DNA of 63,432 nt, the filler included, from Choristocarpus tenellus KU-1152 (Eukaryota > Protista > Phaeophyceae), in assembly GCA_964200185.2 (NCBI GenBank). It is 8 parts of 8 records of this genome, joined end to end, with 100 filler letters (N's around TTAATTAATTAA, not from the genome) between each part and the next. Parts side by side here need not be neighbours in the genome. Positions count along the whole stretch, not along the records: positions 60,864 to 63,432 come from CAXNAD020026695.1; 7 more parts are not named here. The stretch is one strand, 5' to 3'. Below are positions 62,047 through 63,432 of this stretch, piece by piece; positions within the stretch are counted from its first letter, which is position 1; every line of letters starts with the position of its first letter. The translations under genes and the position numbers were made by a program. A model generated the notes under the pieces. That model searched no databases, was not told the origin of the DNA, and saw nothing but the letters and a program-made list of their open reading frames with translations.

Positions 62047-62773
62047 GACAAAGATTGGGTTAGTGTGATGGGATGGGTAAATAAGAGGTCTGCTTGGTAT
62101 CTATGGAAGGGAATGAATTGAAATGAGGACTGAGGGATAGTAGGTGCTGTTTTGTGTCGTCTGACCTTTCGATCCTCAAAACTCAGATTGCACATTTTTT
62201 ATGAGAATTGCATTACAAAAATACGAATATCAAACAGCGTAGGATTTCATATTGAACTGGGACAGAGAGTGTCTGTATTTTCGTCACCTTTTCGGCCTAC
62301 TATCACGTTTTAAACGTATGAGATCAATGAAGGATGTGGTTTGTATCTGTATTTGTTGGTGTAAAGATTAGAATATCATTCTACTTTTGGAAAAACCCTG
62401 CCACACATGTTCTGAGTGTTCAACGGTATTACTGCTTACCAGCAAGCAGGAATACGATAGATCCGCTTTTTTATGCTATCTAGTGTTTATTTAAACCCCA
62501 AAGACGCCAAGAAGTGGATTTAAGGTTTATTTAAATAGTGGATACCAGTTAGAATGACTTCTTAGATTTTCTGAAATTGGAAACGTGTGAGACCCCTAAA
62601 GTTCGTTCTTGGTATTTAAAAAAACCCTAACCACGGTTTTCAGTGGGTTTAGTATTTTTAAAAACCCTAACGCACGTGTAAAGTGACTCATAGGGAATAA
62701 GTGCTTCGTGGTGTGTACTTTTACGTAAAGTGACTCTTATTATCGACTTGCACGTTTATGACAATCGCTATGT

Positions 62774-63316
62774 GATTCAAAGTATCTTAGAGATTAGGAT
62801 CGAGTCTGAGTGAAAGTATCTTAGAGGGTACGCGTTTTGCCCTGTTTCTCCATTTGAGGCTTGGCTTCCCGTGGGGTTTTCTGTGTCACTTTCCTACTCC
62901 AAAATGTTTTGGAGTAGTAGGTAAAATGTAAATGTTATGAAAAACTGTGTCCAGAACATGGACATTGATCCTTCCTAACAAACAAGACGACCAAAATTAT
63001 GTCCAAAACACAATGTTGGATTTTGGCTCCCAAACGGACGCGACTCTACCCTCTAAGATACTTTGGCTCTCTGTTTGTTGTCTGTTTGGGGCAAATTCCA
63101 ATGTTGCGATTTTGATTAAATTTTGGCTGTTGTTTATGTTAGGAAGTGTCAATCTCCTTGTTCCATACACACCTTTTCACAACATAATAAATATCTCACC
63201 TGCTACTACTCTAAAATATCTTGGAGTAGGAGAAATGTATTTAAAAAAAACGGGTGAGGCCAAGCCCTGAACGGACAAACAGGGCAAAAATCATACCCTC
63301 TAAGATACTTTCACTC
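62774..63316. mobile_element. Nested MITE family A pair: + copy 62808-63069 (TSD TCT) inside a - copy 62774-63316
   Basis: The outer terminus gattcaaagtatcttagag is interrupted by a complete copy, then resumes and ends taccctctaagatactttcactc. Confidence 0.85.
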
Positions 63317-63432
63317 ATCATGTTCGATTCGGTAAGATTTTGTACTTCAAATACATAGATAGAGGGTTGGGGTTGTTTTTTTACTAACCCTGGTTACTGT
63401 AAATTGGAAACATACAAGATAAATTAAGTATG

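Overview
This is eukaryotic, intron-rich genomic DNA, most likely from a photosynthetic stramenopile such as a brown alga or relative. That inference rests on a TerC with a bipartite plastid-type leader, a GRK-like kinase, an SMR-domain gene and long repeat-laden introns. The window is 8 contigs joined by seven artificial 100-nt linkers (N44-TTAATTAATTAA-N44). Gene models built by hand from splice sites and reading phase: (1) a 4-exon TerC; (2) a 12-exon, ~640-aa GRK-like kinase with a GRK2-like N-helix/RH/kinase, no PH domain, a CaaX tail and one GC-AG intron; (3) a TPR-like helical-repeat gene; (4) a Cys-rich/coiled-coil/TM gene; (5) an orphan coiled-coil exon; (6) the last exon of an SMR (probably PPR-SMR) gene; (7) the 5' part of DHX37/Dhr1; (8) head-to-head with DHX37, a coiled-coil + tandem-RWD gene resembling kinetochore Zwint-1. 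Mobile DNA comprises three related MITE families with shared termini (~17 copies, one nested in another), a DD39D-type mariner relic, a gag relic, possible Harbinger relics, and a spliced but pseudogenised ParB/Srx-domain gene. The most notable items are the hybrid GRK, the ParB-domain relic, the Zwint-like gene and the MITE trio. No database searches were run; homology calls rest on motif recognition.
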